Shown: positions 37,538-49,251, numbered from the whole stretch's first letter. The stretch is 63,189 nt of DNA, filler included, from Chiloscyllium plagiosum (GCF_004010195.1; 3 parts of one record of this genome joined end to end with filler, not necessarily neighbours in it); one strand, 5' to 3'. Notes: generated by a model from the sequence alone, not told the origin. Program-made: numbers and translations.

Positions 37538-40500
37538 TGCACTGAGGGAGTGCTGCACTGAGGCACTCAGGGAGTCCTGCACTGAGGCACTGAGGGAATG
37601 CTGCAATGTCAGATGGACTGAGTGAGTGCTGCACTGTCAGAGGGACTGAGGGAGTGCTGCACTGAGGCACTGAGGGAGTGCTGCACTGAGGCACTGAGAG
37701 ACAGAAGGAGTGCAGCACTGTCAGAGACACTGAGGGAGTGCTGCACTGAGGCACTCAGGGAGTCCTGCACTGAGGCACTGAGGGAGTGCTGCAATGTCAG
37801 ATGGACTGAGTGAGTGCTGCACTGTCAGAGGCACTGAGGGAGTGCTGCAGTGAGGCACTGAGGGACAGAGGGAGTGCAGCACTGTCAGAGACACTGAGGG
37901 AGTGCTGCACTGAGGCACTCAGGGAGTCCTGCACTGAGGCACTGAGTGAGTGCTGCACTGTCAGAGGCACTGAGGGAGTACTACACTGCCAGAGGCACTG
38001 AGGGAGTGCAGCACTATCAGAGGGACTGAGGGAGTGCTGCACGGTCAGAGGGACTGAGGAAGTGCTGCACTGTCAGAGGCACTGAGGGAGTGCTGCACTG
38101 TCAGATGCACTGAGGGAGTGCTGCACTGGCAGATGCACTGAGGGAGTGCTGCACTGAGGCACTGAGGGAGTGCTGCACTGTCAGAGGCACTGAGGGTGTG
38201 CTGCACTGAGGCAATGAGTGAATGCTGCACTGTCAGAGACAGTGAGGGCATGCTGCACTGACAAAGAGATTGAGGGAGTGCTGCACTGAGGCACTGAGGG
38301 AGTGCTGCCCTGTCAGAGGCACTGAGAGAGCGCAGCACTGTCAGAGGGACTGAGGGGATGATACACTGTCAGAGGCACTGAGGGAGTTCTGCACTGTCAG
38401 AGGCACTGTGGGACTGCTGCTCTGACTGAGGGACTGAGGAAGTGCTGCACTGTCAGAACACTGAGGGGGTGCTGCAATGTTAGAGGGACTGAGGGCGTGC
38501 TGCACTATCAGAGGGACTGAGCGAGTGCTGCACTGAGGCACTGAGGGAGTGCTGCACTGTCAGAGGCACTGAGGGAGTGCTGCACTGAGGCACAGAGGGA
38601 GTGCTGCACTGTCAGAGGGACTGAGGGAGTGCTGCACGGTCAGAGGGACTGAGTAAGTGCTGCACTGTCAGAGGCACTGAGGGAGTGCTGCACTGTCAGA
38701 GGCACTGAGGGACTGCTGCACTGATATACTGAGAGAGTGCTGCACTGAGGCACTGAGGGAGTGCTGCACTGAGGCACTGAGGGAGTGCTGCACTGTCAGA
38801 GAGACTGAGGGAGTGCTGCACTGTCAGAGCACTGAGGGGGTGGTACACTGAGGCAGTACTGCACTGTCAGAGGCACTGAGGGAGTGCTGCACTGAGGGAG
38901 TGCTGCACTGTGGGAGTGCTGCACTGTCAGAGCGACTGAGGGAGTGCTTCAAAGTCAGTGGGACTGAGGGAGTGCTGCACTGTCAGAGGGACTGAGGGAG
39001 TGGTACACTGAGGCAGTGCTGCACTGTCAGAGGCACTGAGGGAGTGGTGCACTGAGGCACTGAGGGAGTGCTGCACTGTCAGAGGCACTGAGGCAGTGCT
39101 GCACTGTCAGAAAGACTGAGGGAGTGCTGCACTGTCACAGGGACTGAGGGACTACTGCACTGAGGCACTGAGGGAGTGCTGCACTGTCAGAGGCATTGAG
39201 GGAATGCTGTACTGAGGCACTGAGGGAGTGCTGCACTGTCAGAGGCACTGAGGCAGTGCTGCACTGTCAGAAAGACTGAGGGAGTGCTGCACTGTCACAG
39301 GGACTGAGGGACTACTGCACTGAGGCACTGAGGGAGTGCTGCACTCTCAGAGGCACTGAGGGAGTGCTGCACTGTCAGAGCACTGAGGGGGTGCTGCACT
39401 GTCTGAGGCACTGAGGGAGTGCTGCACTGAGGCACTGAGGGAGTGCTGAACTGTCAGAGGGACTGAGGGAGTGCTGCACTGTCAGAGGTTCTGAGCGAGT
39501 GCTGCACTGTCAGAGGCACTGAGGGAGTGCTGCACTGTCAGAGGCACTCAAGGAGTGCTGCACTGGGGCACTGAGGGAGTGCTGCACTAACAGAAGCACT
39601 GAGGCACTGAGGGACAGAGGGAGTGCAGCACTGTCAGAGGGACTGAGGGAGTGCTGCACTGAGGGTCTGACGGCGTACTGCACTGTCAGAGGCACTGAGG
39701 GATGCTGCACTGTCTGAGGCACTGAGGGAGTGCTGCACTGAGGCACTGAGGGAGTGCTGCACTGTCAGAGGGAATGAAGGAGTGCTGCACTGTCAGAGGT
39801 ACTGAGGGAGTGCTGCACTGTCAGAGGGACTGAGGGTGTACTGCCCTGTCAGAGGCACTGAGGGAGTCCAGCACGTTCAGAGGGACTGATGGAGTACTGC
39901 ACTGTCAGAGGCACTGAGGGAGTGCTGCACTGTCTGAGGCACTGATGGAGTGCAGCACTGAGGCACTGATGGAGTGCAGCACTGTCAGAGGTTCTGAGGG
40001 AGTGCTCCACTGTCAGAGGGACTGAGGGAGTGCTGCACTGTCAGAGAGACTGAGGGAGTGCTGCACTGTCAGAGGGATTGAGGCAGTGCTGCACTGAGGG
40101 ACTGTGGGAGTGCTACACTATCAGTGGTTCTGAGGGAGTGCAGCACTGTCAGAGGCACTGAGTGAGTGCTGCACTGAGGCCCTGAGGGAATGCTGCACTG
40201 AGGCACTGAGACACTGAGGGAGTGCTGCATTGTCAGAGGCACTGAGGGAGTGCTGTACTGAGGCACTGCGGGAGTGCTGCAATGTCAAAGGCACTGAGGG
40301 AGTGCTGCACTGAGGCACTGCGGGTGTGCTGCACTGTTGGAGTCACTGAGGGAGCGCTGCACTGAGGCATTGAAGGAGTGCTGCACTGAGGCACTGATGA
40401 AGTGCTGCACTGTTGGAGTCACTGAAGGAGTGCTGTACTGTCAGAGGGACTGAGGGAGTGCTGCACTGTCAGAGGGGCTGAGGGACTGCTGTACTGAGGC

Positions 40501-43500
40501 ACTGTGGGAGTGCTGCACTATCAGAGGTTCTGAGGGAGTGCAGCACTGTCAGAGGCACTGAGTGAGTGCTGCACTGTCAGACGCACTGAGGGAGTGCTGC
40601 ACTGAGGCACTGAGGGAGTGCTGCACTGAGGCACAGAGGGACTGCTGCACTGTCAGAGTGACTGAGGGAGTGCTGCACGGTCATAGGGACTGAGGAAGTG
40701 CTGCACTGTCAGAGGCACTGAGGGAGTGCTGCACGGTCATAGGGACTGAGGAAGTGCTGCACTGTCAGAGGCACTGAGGGAGTGTTGCACTGTCAGAGGC
40801 ACTGAGGGACTGCTGCACTGATATACTGAGAGAGTGCTGCACTGAGGCACTGAGGGAGTGCTGCACTGAGGCACTGAGGGAGTGCTGCAATGTCAGAGGG
40901 ACTGAGGGAGTGCTGCACTGTCAGAGGGACTGAGGGAGTGCTGCACTGTCAGAGCACTGAGGGGGTGGTACACTGAGGCAGTGCTGCACTGTCAGAGGCA
41001 CTGAGGGAGTGCTGCACTGAGGCACTGAGGGAGTGCTGCACTGTCAGAGGGTCTGTGGGAGTGCTTCAAAGTCAGTGGGACTAAGGGAGTGCTGCACTGT
41101 CAGAGGTCTGAGGGAGTGCTGCACTGTCAGAGGGACTGAGGGAGTGCTGCACTGAGGCACTGAGGGAGTGCTGCACTGTCAGAGGTACTGAGGTGTGCTG
41201 CACTGTCAGAAAGACTGAGGGAGTGCTGCACTGTCACAGGGACTGAGGGACTACTGCACTGAGGCACTGAGGGAGTGCTGTACTGTCAGAGGGACTGAAG
41301 GAGTGCTGCACTGAGGCAAACAGGGAGTGCTGCACTGTCAGAGGGACTGAGGGAGCGCTCACTGAGGCACTGAGGGAGTGCTTCACTGTCAGAGGGACTG
41401 AAGGAGTGCTGCACTGTCAGAGGCACTGAGGGAGTGCTGCACAGAGGCACTGAGGGAGTGCTGCACTGTCAGAGGTTCTGAGGGAGTGCTGCACTGTCAG
41501 AGGGACTGAGGGAGTACTGCACTGTCAGAGGGATTGAGGCAGTGCTGCACTGAGGCACTGTGGGAGTGCTGCACTATCAGAGGTTCTGAGGGAGTGCAGC
41601 ACTGTCAGAGGCACTGAGTGAGTACTGCACTGTCAGAGGCACTGAGGGAGTGCTGCACTGAGGCACTGAGGGAGTGCTGCACTGAGGCACAGAGGGACTG
41701 CTGCACTGTCAGAGGGACTGAGGGTATGCTGCACGGTCAGAGGGACTGAGGAAGTGCTGCACTGTCAGAGGCACTGAGGGAGTGCTGCACTGTCAGAGGC
41801 ACTGAGGGACAGAGGGAGTGCTGCACTGTCAGAGGGACTGAGGGATTGCTGCACTGATATACTGAGAGAGTGCTGCACTGAGACACAGAGGGAGTGCTGC
41901 ACTGAGGCACTGAGGGAGTACTGCACTGTCAGAGGGACTGAGGGAGTGCTGCACTGTCAGAGGGACTGAGGGAGTGCTGCACTGTCAGAGCACTGAGGGG
42001 GTGGTACCCTGAGGCAGTGCTGCACTGTCAGAGGCACTGAGGGAGTGCTGCACTGAGGCACTGAGGGAGTGCTGCACTGTCAGAGGGACTGAGGGAGTGC
42101 AGCACTGTCAGAGCACTGAGGGGGTGGTACCCTGAGGCAGTGCTGCATTGTCAGAGGGACTGAGGGAGTGCTGCACTGTCAGAGCACTGAGGGGGTGGTA
42201 CCCTGAGGCAGTGCTGCACTGTCAGAGGCACTGAGGGAGTGCTGCACTGAGGCACTGAGGGAGTGCTGCACTGTCAGAGGGACTGTGGGAGTGCTTCAAA
42301 GTCTGTGGGACTGAGGGAGTGCTGCACTCTCAGAGGTCTGAGGGAGTGCTGCACTGTCAGAGGCACTGAGGGAGTGCTGCACTGAGGCACTGAGGGAGTG
42401 CTGCACTGTCAGAGGCACTGAGGTGTGCTGCACTGTCAGAAAGACTGAGGTAGTGCTGCACTGTCAGAGGCACTGAGGCAGTGCTGCACTGTCAGTGGGA
42501 CTGAGGGAGTGCTGCACTGTCACAGGGACTGAGGGACTACTGCACTGAGGCACTGAGGGAGTGCTGCACTGTCAGAGGCAGTGTGTGAGAGCTACACTGA
42601 GGCAAAGAGGGAGTGCTGCACTGTCAGTGGGACTGAGGGAGTGCTGTACTGTCAGAGGGAATGAAGGAGTGCTGCACTGAGGCAAACAGGGAGTGCTGCA
42701 CTGTCAGAGGGACTGAGGGAGCGCTCACTGAGGCACTGAGGGAGTGCTTCACTGTCAGAGGGACTGAAGGAGTGCTGCACTGTCAGAGGCACTGAGGGAG
42801 TGCTGCACTGAGGCACTGAGGTAGTGCAGCACTGTCAGAGGTTCTGAGGGAGTGCTGCACTGTCTGAGGCACTGAAGGAGTGCTGCACTGAGGCACTGAT
42901 GGAGTGCAGCACTGTCAGAGGTTCTGAGGGAGTGCTGCACTGTCAGAGGCACTGAGGGAGTGCTGCACTGTCAGAGGGACTGAGGGAGTGCTGCACTGTC
43001 AGAGCACTGAGGGGGTGGTACACTGAGGCAGTGCTGCACTGTCAGAAGCACTGAGGAAGTGCTGCACTGAGGCACTGAGGGAGTGCTGCACTGTCAGAGG
43101 GACTGAGGGAGTGCTGCACTGAGGCACTGAGGGAGTGCTGCACTGTCAGAGGCACTGAGGTGTGCTGCACTGTCAGAAAGACTGAGGGAGTGCTGCACTG
43201 TCTGAGGCACTGAGGCAGTACTGCCCTGTCAGAAAGACTGAGGGAGTGCTGCACTGTCACAGGGTTTGAGGGACTACTACATTGAGGCACTGAGGGAGTG
43301 CTGCACTGTCAGAGGCACTGAGGTGTGCTGCACTGTCAGAAAGACTGAGGGAGTGCTGCACTGTTAGAGGCACTGAGGCAGTGCTGCCCTGTCAGAAAGA
43401 CTGAGGGAGTGCTGCACTGTCACAGGGACTGAGGGACTACTGCACTGAGGCACTTAGGGAGTGCTGCACTGTCAGAGGTAGTGTGTGAGAGCTGCACTGA

Positions 43501-44421
43501 GGCAAAGAGTGAGTGCTGCACTGTCAGTGGGACTGAGGGAGTGCTGTACTGTCAGAGGGACTGAAGGAGTGCTGCACTGAGGCAAACAGGGTGTGCTGCA
43601 CTGTCAAAGGGACTGAGGGAGCGCTCACTGGGGCACTGAGGGAGTGCTTCACTGTCAGAGGGACTGAAGGAGTGCTGCACTGTCAGAGGTACTGAAGGAG
43701 TGCTGTACTGAGGCACTGATGGAGTGCAGCACTGTCAGAGGTTCTGAGGGAGTGCTGCACTGTCAGAGGGACTGAGGGAGTACTGCACTGTCAGAGGGAT
43801 TGAGGCAGTGCTGCACTGAGGCACTGTGGGAGTGCTGCACTATCAGAGGTTCTGAGGGAGTGCAGCACTGTCAGAGGCACTGAGTGAGTGCTGCACTGTC
43901 AGAGGCACTGAGGGAGTGCTGCACTGAGGCACTGAGGGAGTGCTGCACTGAGGCACTGAGGGAGTGCTGCACTGTCAGAGGCACTGAGGGAGTGCTGTAC
44001 TGAGGCACTGCGGGAGTGCTGCACTGTCAAAGGCACTGAGGGAGTGCTGCACTGAGGCACTGCAGGTGTGCTGCACTGTTGGAGTCACTGAGGGAGAGCT
44101 GCACTGAGGCATTGAGGGAGTGCTGCACTGAGGCACTGATGAAGTGCTGCACTGTTGGAGTCACTGAAGGAGTGTTGTACTGTCAGAAGGACTGAGGGAG
44201 TGCTGTACTGTCAGAAGGACTGAGGGAGTGCTGCACTGTTGGAGTCACTGACTCCTTCAGTTGAGACCTAAAACCAGAAGTGGTATGGATAAGGTGAATG
44301 AGAAGGATCTTTTTCCTGGTGTAGAGCATTGGGGTCAAAACTAGGAATAGTTTGAGGGGGGAGTTTGGGCTAAGCACAGGCAAGTGGGACGAGTTTAGTC
44401 TGGGATTCGGGTCGACATGGT

Positions 44422-44990
44422 CTATTTCCGAGCTGTATGACTGTGTGCCTGTATGATACCCCCCTCTCTCCCAACTGAGCAGGGGAGCTGGTCCATTGAT
44501 GCCATGGAAATGCTGGCACCTGCTGAACCTGGGCCCAAGGGAAGCACCAAATGTGTCAATGGGCTGCTGGTCTCCATGGGAACCTACTTTGTGGAAGGGG
44601 AGGGACTGTGTTGGAGACCCACGTGAGCCATCCAATTTGGCCCACCCTCTGTCTGCTTCCCCCTGTACTCCAAACCCCCTTCAACTCCACAGCATTCTGC
44701 CCACTGTGTTTGAGAGAAAATGTTGGTCCGGCTGCCTTTTAGTATGCGTGGGTGAGGAAAGAGAGCTCATCAAACACAGCGTGTACCATTTGCTTTAAAA
44801 AGGACTAGCACTGCCTTTCTTTTAGACCAATGTAGGTTTTGTTTCCTTTCGCAGAATGTGTGGGCCTCAGGCTGCCCAGAGCACCCCATTTGTATTCACG
44901 CTCATTTGCCTGTCACATGCAGAAAAGACTTACAAGGATGTTGCCAGGCCTGGAGGGTTAGAGCTATAGGGAGAAGTTGAACAGGCTGGA
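44422..44990 (+). repeat. 569-bp cassette, probable donor copy
   Basis: Only here does the terminal CR1 fragment continue past ...caggctgga to its 3' tail. Confidence 0.9.
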
Positions 44991-45405
44991 GCTGTTTTCC
45001 CTGGAGTGTTGAAGGCTGAGGGCTGACCTTATAGAGGTTTATAAAATCATGCGGGGCATGGATAGGGTGATTGACAAGGTTTTTTCCCCTGGGCTGAGGG
45101 AGTTCAGAATTATGGGCATCGGTTTAAGGTGAGAGGGGAAAGGCTTAAAAGGGACCTAAGGGGCAACTTTTTCACACAGAGGCTGGTACGTGTGCATGGA
45201 ATGAGCTGCCAGAGGAAGTGGTGAAGGCTGGTACAATTACAATATTTAAAAGGCATTTGGATGGGTGTATGAATAGGAAGAGGTTGGAGGGATATGGGTC
45301 AAGTGGTGGCAAATAAGACTGGATTGGGTTGGGATACCTGCTCAGTATGGATGAGTTGGACCAAAGGGTCTGTTTCCGTGCTGCACATCTCTGTGACTCT
45401 ATGTC
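44920..45405 (+). mobile_element. CR1 3' fragment
   Basis: gaccttatagaggtttataaaatcatg...ctctgtgactctatg. Confidence 0.9.
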
Positions 45406-45508
45406 CCTATGACACGCTTCAATTGACTACGAGAAAACTTATGCCCTTTCACCTGAAACCCTGCCCATGGGAATATCACCCAACCTGGAATACTATAGTA
45501 TTCTCGGG

Positions 45509-46217
45509 TCATAGAGTCACATACCACGAAAACAGACTGTTCGGTTCAACTTGTCCAAGCTGACCAGATATTCTAAATTAATCTAGTCCCATTTACCAGC
45601 ACTTGGCCCATATCCCTCTAAACCCTTCCTATTTATATACCCATCCAGATGTCTTTTAAGTGCTGTAATTGTATTAGCCTCCACCACTTCCTCTGGCAGC
45701 TCATTCCATACACACACCACCCTATACCCTAGGTCCCTTTTATATCTTTCCCCCCTCTCTCTCTCTAAACCTATGCCCTCTAGTTCTGGACTCCCCCACC
45801 CCAGGGAAAAATACCTATGATTTTATAAACCTCTATAAAGTTTCTATAAAATCTCTATAAATCCCTCAGCCTCCAACGTTCCAGGGAATATAGGACCAGC
45901 CCATTCAGCCTCTCCCTATAGCTTAAACTTTACAACTCTGGCAACATCTTTGTAGATCTTTTCTGAACCCTTTAAAGTTCAACAATATCTTTCCTGTCAC
46001 AGGGATTCCAGAAATGAATGCAATATTCCAAAAGTGGCCTGACCAATGTCCTGTAAAGCTGTAACTTGACCTTCCCAACTCCTGTACTCAATGCACTGAC
46101 GAACAAAGGCAAGTGTACCATACACTGTCTTCACTCTCCTATCTACCTGCACTTTTAAGGAGCTATGAGCCTGCACCCCAAGGTCTCTTTGCTCAACAAC
46201 ACTCCCCACGACCCTTT
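45509..46217 (-). mobile_element. CR1 3' fragment, tail-to-tail with the previous one
   Basis: catagagtcac tail; ORF EQRDLGVQAHSSLKV. Confidence 0.9.
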
Positions 46218-48370
46218 CAATAGACAATAGACAATAGGTGCAGGAGTAGGCCATTCTGCCCTTCGAGCCCGCACCACCATTCAATATGATCATGGCTGAT
46301 CATCCTTAATCAGTATCCTGTTCCTGCCTTATCTCCATAACCCTTAATTCCACTATCCTTGAGAGCTCTATCCAACTCTTTCTTAAATGAATCCAGAAAC
46401 TGGGCCTCCACTGCCCTCTGGGGCAGAGCATTCCACTCCCTGGGTGAAGAGGTTTCTCCTCATCTCTGTCCTAAATGGTCTACCCCATATTTTTAAGCTG
46501 TGTCCTCTGGTTCGGCACTCACACATCAGCAGAAACATGTTTTCTGCCGCCAGAGTGTCCAAACCTTTAATAATCTTATACGTCTCAATCAGATCCCCTC
46601 TCAGTCTTCTAAGCTCAAGGGTATACAAGCCCAGTCGCTTCAGTCTTTCAGTGTAAGGTANNNNNNNNNNNNNNNNNNNNNNNNNNNNNNNNNNNNNNNN
46701 NNNNNNNNNNNNNNNNNNNNNNNNNNNNNNNNNNNNNNNNNNNNNNNNNNNNNNNNNNNNNNNNNNNNNNNNNNNNNNNNNNNNNNNNNNNNNNNNNNNN
46801 NNNNNNNNNNNNNNNNNNNNNNNNNNNNNNNNNNNNNNNNNNNNNNNNNNNNNNNNNNNNNNNNNNNNNNNNNNNNNNNNNNNNNNNNNNNNNNNNNNNN
46901 NNNNNNNNNNNNNNNNNNNNNNNNNNNNNNNNNNNNNNNNNNNNNNNNNNNNNNNNNNNNNNNNNNNNNNNNNNNNNNNNNNNNNNNNNNNNNNNNNNNN
47001 NNNNNNATGCTATTAGCTTTCTTCACTACCTGCTGTACCTGCATGCTTACCTTCATTGACTGGTGTACAAGAACACCCAGATCTCTTTGTACTGCCCCTT
47101 TATCTAAATTGATTCCATTTAGGTAGTAGTCTGCCTTCCTGTTCTTCGTACCAAAGTGGATAACCATACATTTATCCACATTAAACTGCATCTGCCATGC
47201 ATCTGACCACTCACCTAACTTGACCAGGTCACCCTGTAATCTCCTAACATCCTCATCACATTTCTCCCTGCCACCCAGCTTAGTATCATCAGCAAATTTG
47301 CTAATGTTATTGCTAATACCATCTTCTATATCATTAACATATATTGTAAAAAGCTGCGGTCTTAGTACTGATCCCTACGGTACCCCACTGCCTGCCATTC
47401 CGAAATGGAGCCATTTATCACTACCCTTTGTTTCCTATCAGCCAACCAACTTTCAATCCAAGTTAGTACTTTGCCCCCAATACCATGCGCCCTAATTTTG
47501 CTCACTAACCTCCTATGTGGGACTTTATCAAAAGCTTTCTGAAAGTCCAGGTACACCACATCTACTGGATCTCCCTCGTCCATCTTCAGAGTTACATCCT
47601 CAAAAAATTCCAGAAGATTAGTCAAGCATGATTTCCCCTTCATAAATCCATGCTGACTCTGACCTAGACTGTTACTACTATCCAGATGTGTCGTAATTTC
47701 ATCCTTTATAATAGACTCCAGCATCTTTCCCATCACTGGGGTCAGACTAACTAGTCTATAATTTCCTGCTTTCTCTCTCCCACCTTTCTTAAAAAGTGGT
47801 ACCACATTAGCCACTGTCCAATCCGCAGGAACTGATCCCGAATCTATCGAACTTTGGAAAATAATCACTAACGCAGCCACGATTTCTCGAGCCACTTCCT
47901 TCAGTACCCTGGGATGTAGACCATCAGGCCCCGGGGACTTATCAACCTTCAGACCTAACAGTCTCTCCAACACCAATTCCTGGCAAATATAAATTCCCCT
48001 CAGTTCAGGTCCTTCAGCCACTGTTACCTCAGGGAGATTGCTTGTGTCTTCCCCAGTGAACACAGATCTGAAGTACCAATTCAATTCTTCTGCAATTTCT
48101 TTATTTCCCGTAATATATTCCCCTGTTTCTGTCTTCAAGGGCCCAATTTTAGTCTTAACCGTTTTTTTGCCTTTCACATACCTAAAAAAACTTCTTTATA
48201 TTATTGGCCAGTTTACCTTCGTACCTCATTTTTTTTCTCTGCGTATTTCCTTCTTAGTAATCCTCTGTTGTTCGTTAAAAGCTTCCCAGTCCTCCGCTTT
48301 CCCACTTATCTTTGCTATGTTATACTTTTTCTCTTTTAACTTTATATGTTTCTTAACTTCCTTCGTCAGC
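46218..48370 (-). mobile_element. CR1 LINE (attgtct-tail subfamily), spanning an N gap
   Basis: 271-aa RT ORF (KSPGPDGLHPRVLKE, QHGFMKGKSCLTNL, DFQKAFDKV); caatagacaatagacaat tail at the left end; adjoins or interrupts another CR1. Confidence 0.95.
46661..47006. other. Sized assembly gap (346 N) inside a CR1
   Basis: Run of N with colinear CR1 sequence on both sides. Confidence 0.97.
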
Positions 48371-48674
48371 CTCGTCATTAAGTGTATAACTCTTGCCCTG
48401 AATGGTGCGATGTTTCTGGCAAACCCAAATTTCCTTGTCCGAACACCTCCGACATGGGATGGAGCGAGGGTGGGAGGTAAAGATTCCAACCTCAGGACAA
48501 TGTGGTCTTCCCACGTTGAATGATCTCAATCTCGATGTGGATGTTTGCACATTGCGCGATCGCCTTACCTTGTTCACTGACACTTTCTCTTTTTCTGTTT
48601 GCCTCTGCTCTGTGCAGTCAACCATTTCCATTACTGGGGAGTAAAAACTAGTCAAGAAGCTGCAGGATGAAAAG

Positions 48675-48938
48675 ATGGCGCTCCTGCTCGTACCTTCAGG
48701 TCCCCACTGCTTGCGCCGGTTCACTCGCGAATCCCTGGCTGCTATTGAGAGGCGGATCGCTGAGGAACAGGCAAACAGCACGCGGAAAGACCACAAAGCG
48801 GAGGGTGAGGAGGAAAAGCCCAGTCCTCACGTTGACCTGGAAGCAGGCAAGCAGCTCCCACTCATCTACGGCGATGTCCCGTCAGAGCTCATTGGCCAGC
48901 CTTTGGAGGATATCGACTGCTTCTACAACAACAAGAAG
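48675..48938 (+). CDS. SCN5A: Voltage-gated sodium channel alpha subunit, first coding exon (SCN5A-like)
   Basis: [32 protein letters not shown]...[35 protein letters not shown] is an unmistakable Nav N-terminus; donor AAG|gtagg. Likely acceptor tgtgcag| at 48617, after a pyrimidine tract and a cactgac branch-like site. The paralogue call rests on [15 protein letters not shown] in the next exon, and linkage to TTC21A. Confidence 0.85.
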
Positions 48939-49013
48939 GTAGGCTGCAACAGGGCAAGGAAATCAAACCACAAGGCGTCCTGGTGACATGGTGTCAGCCA
49001 CTGGAATTTACAG

Positions 49014-49223
49014 TCAAGATTAGAGTGGTGCTGGAAAAACACAGCAGGTCAGGCAGCATCTGAGAAGCAGGAAAATCAACATTTCATCCATTCCTGATGA
49101 AGGGCTCCTGCCTGAAACGTCGATTTTCCTGCTCCTCAGATGCTGCCTGACCTGCTGTGCTTTTCCAGCACCACTCTAATTAGACTCTAATCTCCAGCAT
49201 CTGCAGTACCCACTTTTGCCCGG
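49014..49223. mobile_element. Penelope-derived inverted-repeat element with 12-bp TSD, 75 bp downstream of the SCN donor
   Basis: Arms ttagagtggtgctggaaaa...ggaaaatc / gattttcc...ttttccagcaccactctaa; tgga(a/g)tttacag on both flanks. Confidence 0.85.
49092..49123 (+). ncRNA. Minimal hammerhead motif, second Penelope family
   Basis: TC-CTGATGA-A-GGGC-TCCT-GCCT-GAAA-CGT-C-GA; GUC cleavage triplet and ACGT palindrome; stem I only 2 bp. Confidence 0.55.
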
Positions 49224-49251
49224 TGGAGTTTACAGCAGGGAGTGGCTCAGG

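Larger units (their letters stand above)
33127..44250. repeat. ~11-kb minisatellite/satellite of mixed 28-bp (GAGGGAGTGCTGCACTGTCAGAGGSACT) and 24-bp (GAGGGAGTGCTGCACTGAGGCACT) monomers
   Basis: Directly visible tandem array, interrupted at ~35245-35937 and 36969-37537; explains the low-complexity ORFs (VQHSLSAS, PQCSTPSV). Confidence 0.97.

Noticed and set aside
33146..43290. Many 60-107-aa ORFs (VQHSLSAS, PQCSTPSV, ALRECCTE)
   Set aside because: Translations of the satellite; frames break at the 28-bp monomers.
33127..44250. CRISPR-like array of 24-28-bp palindromic repeats
   Set aside because: Repeats are directly tandem with no unique spacers, there are no cas genes, and the context is vertebrate; it is a satellite.
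48939..48986. C-terminal extension [15 protein letters not shown] of the 103-aa Nav ORF
   Set aside because: Intron read-through past the AAG|GTAGG donor.
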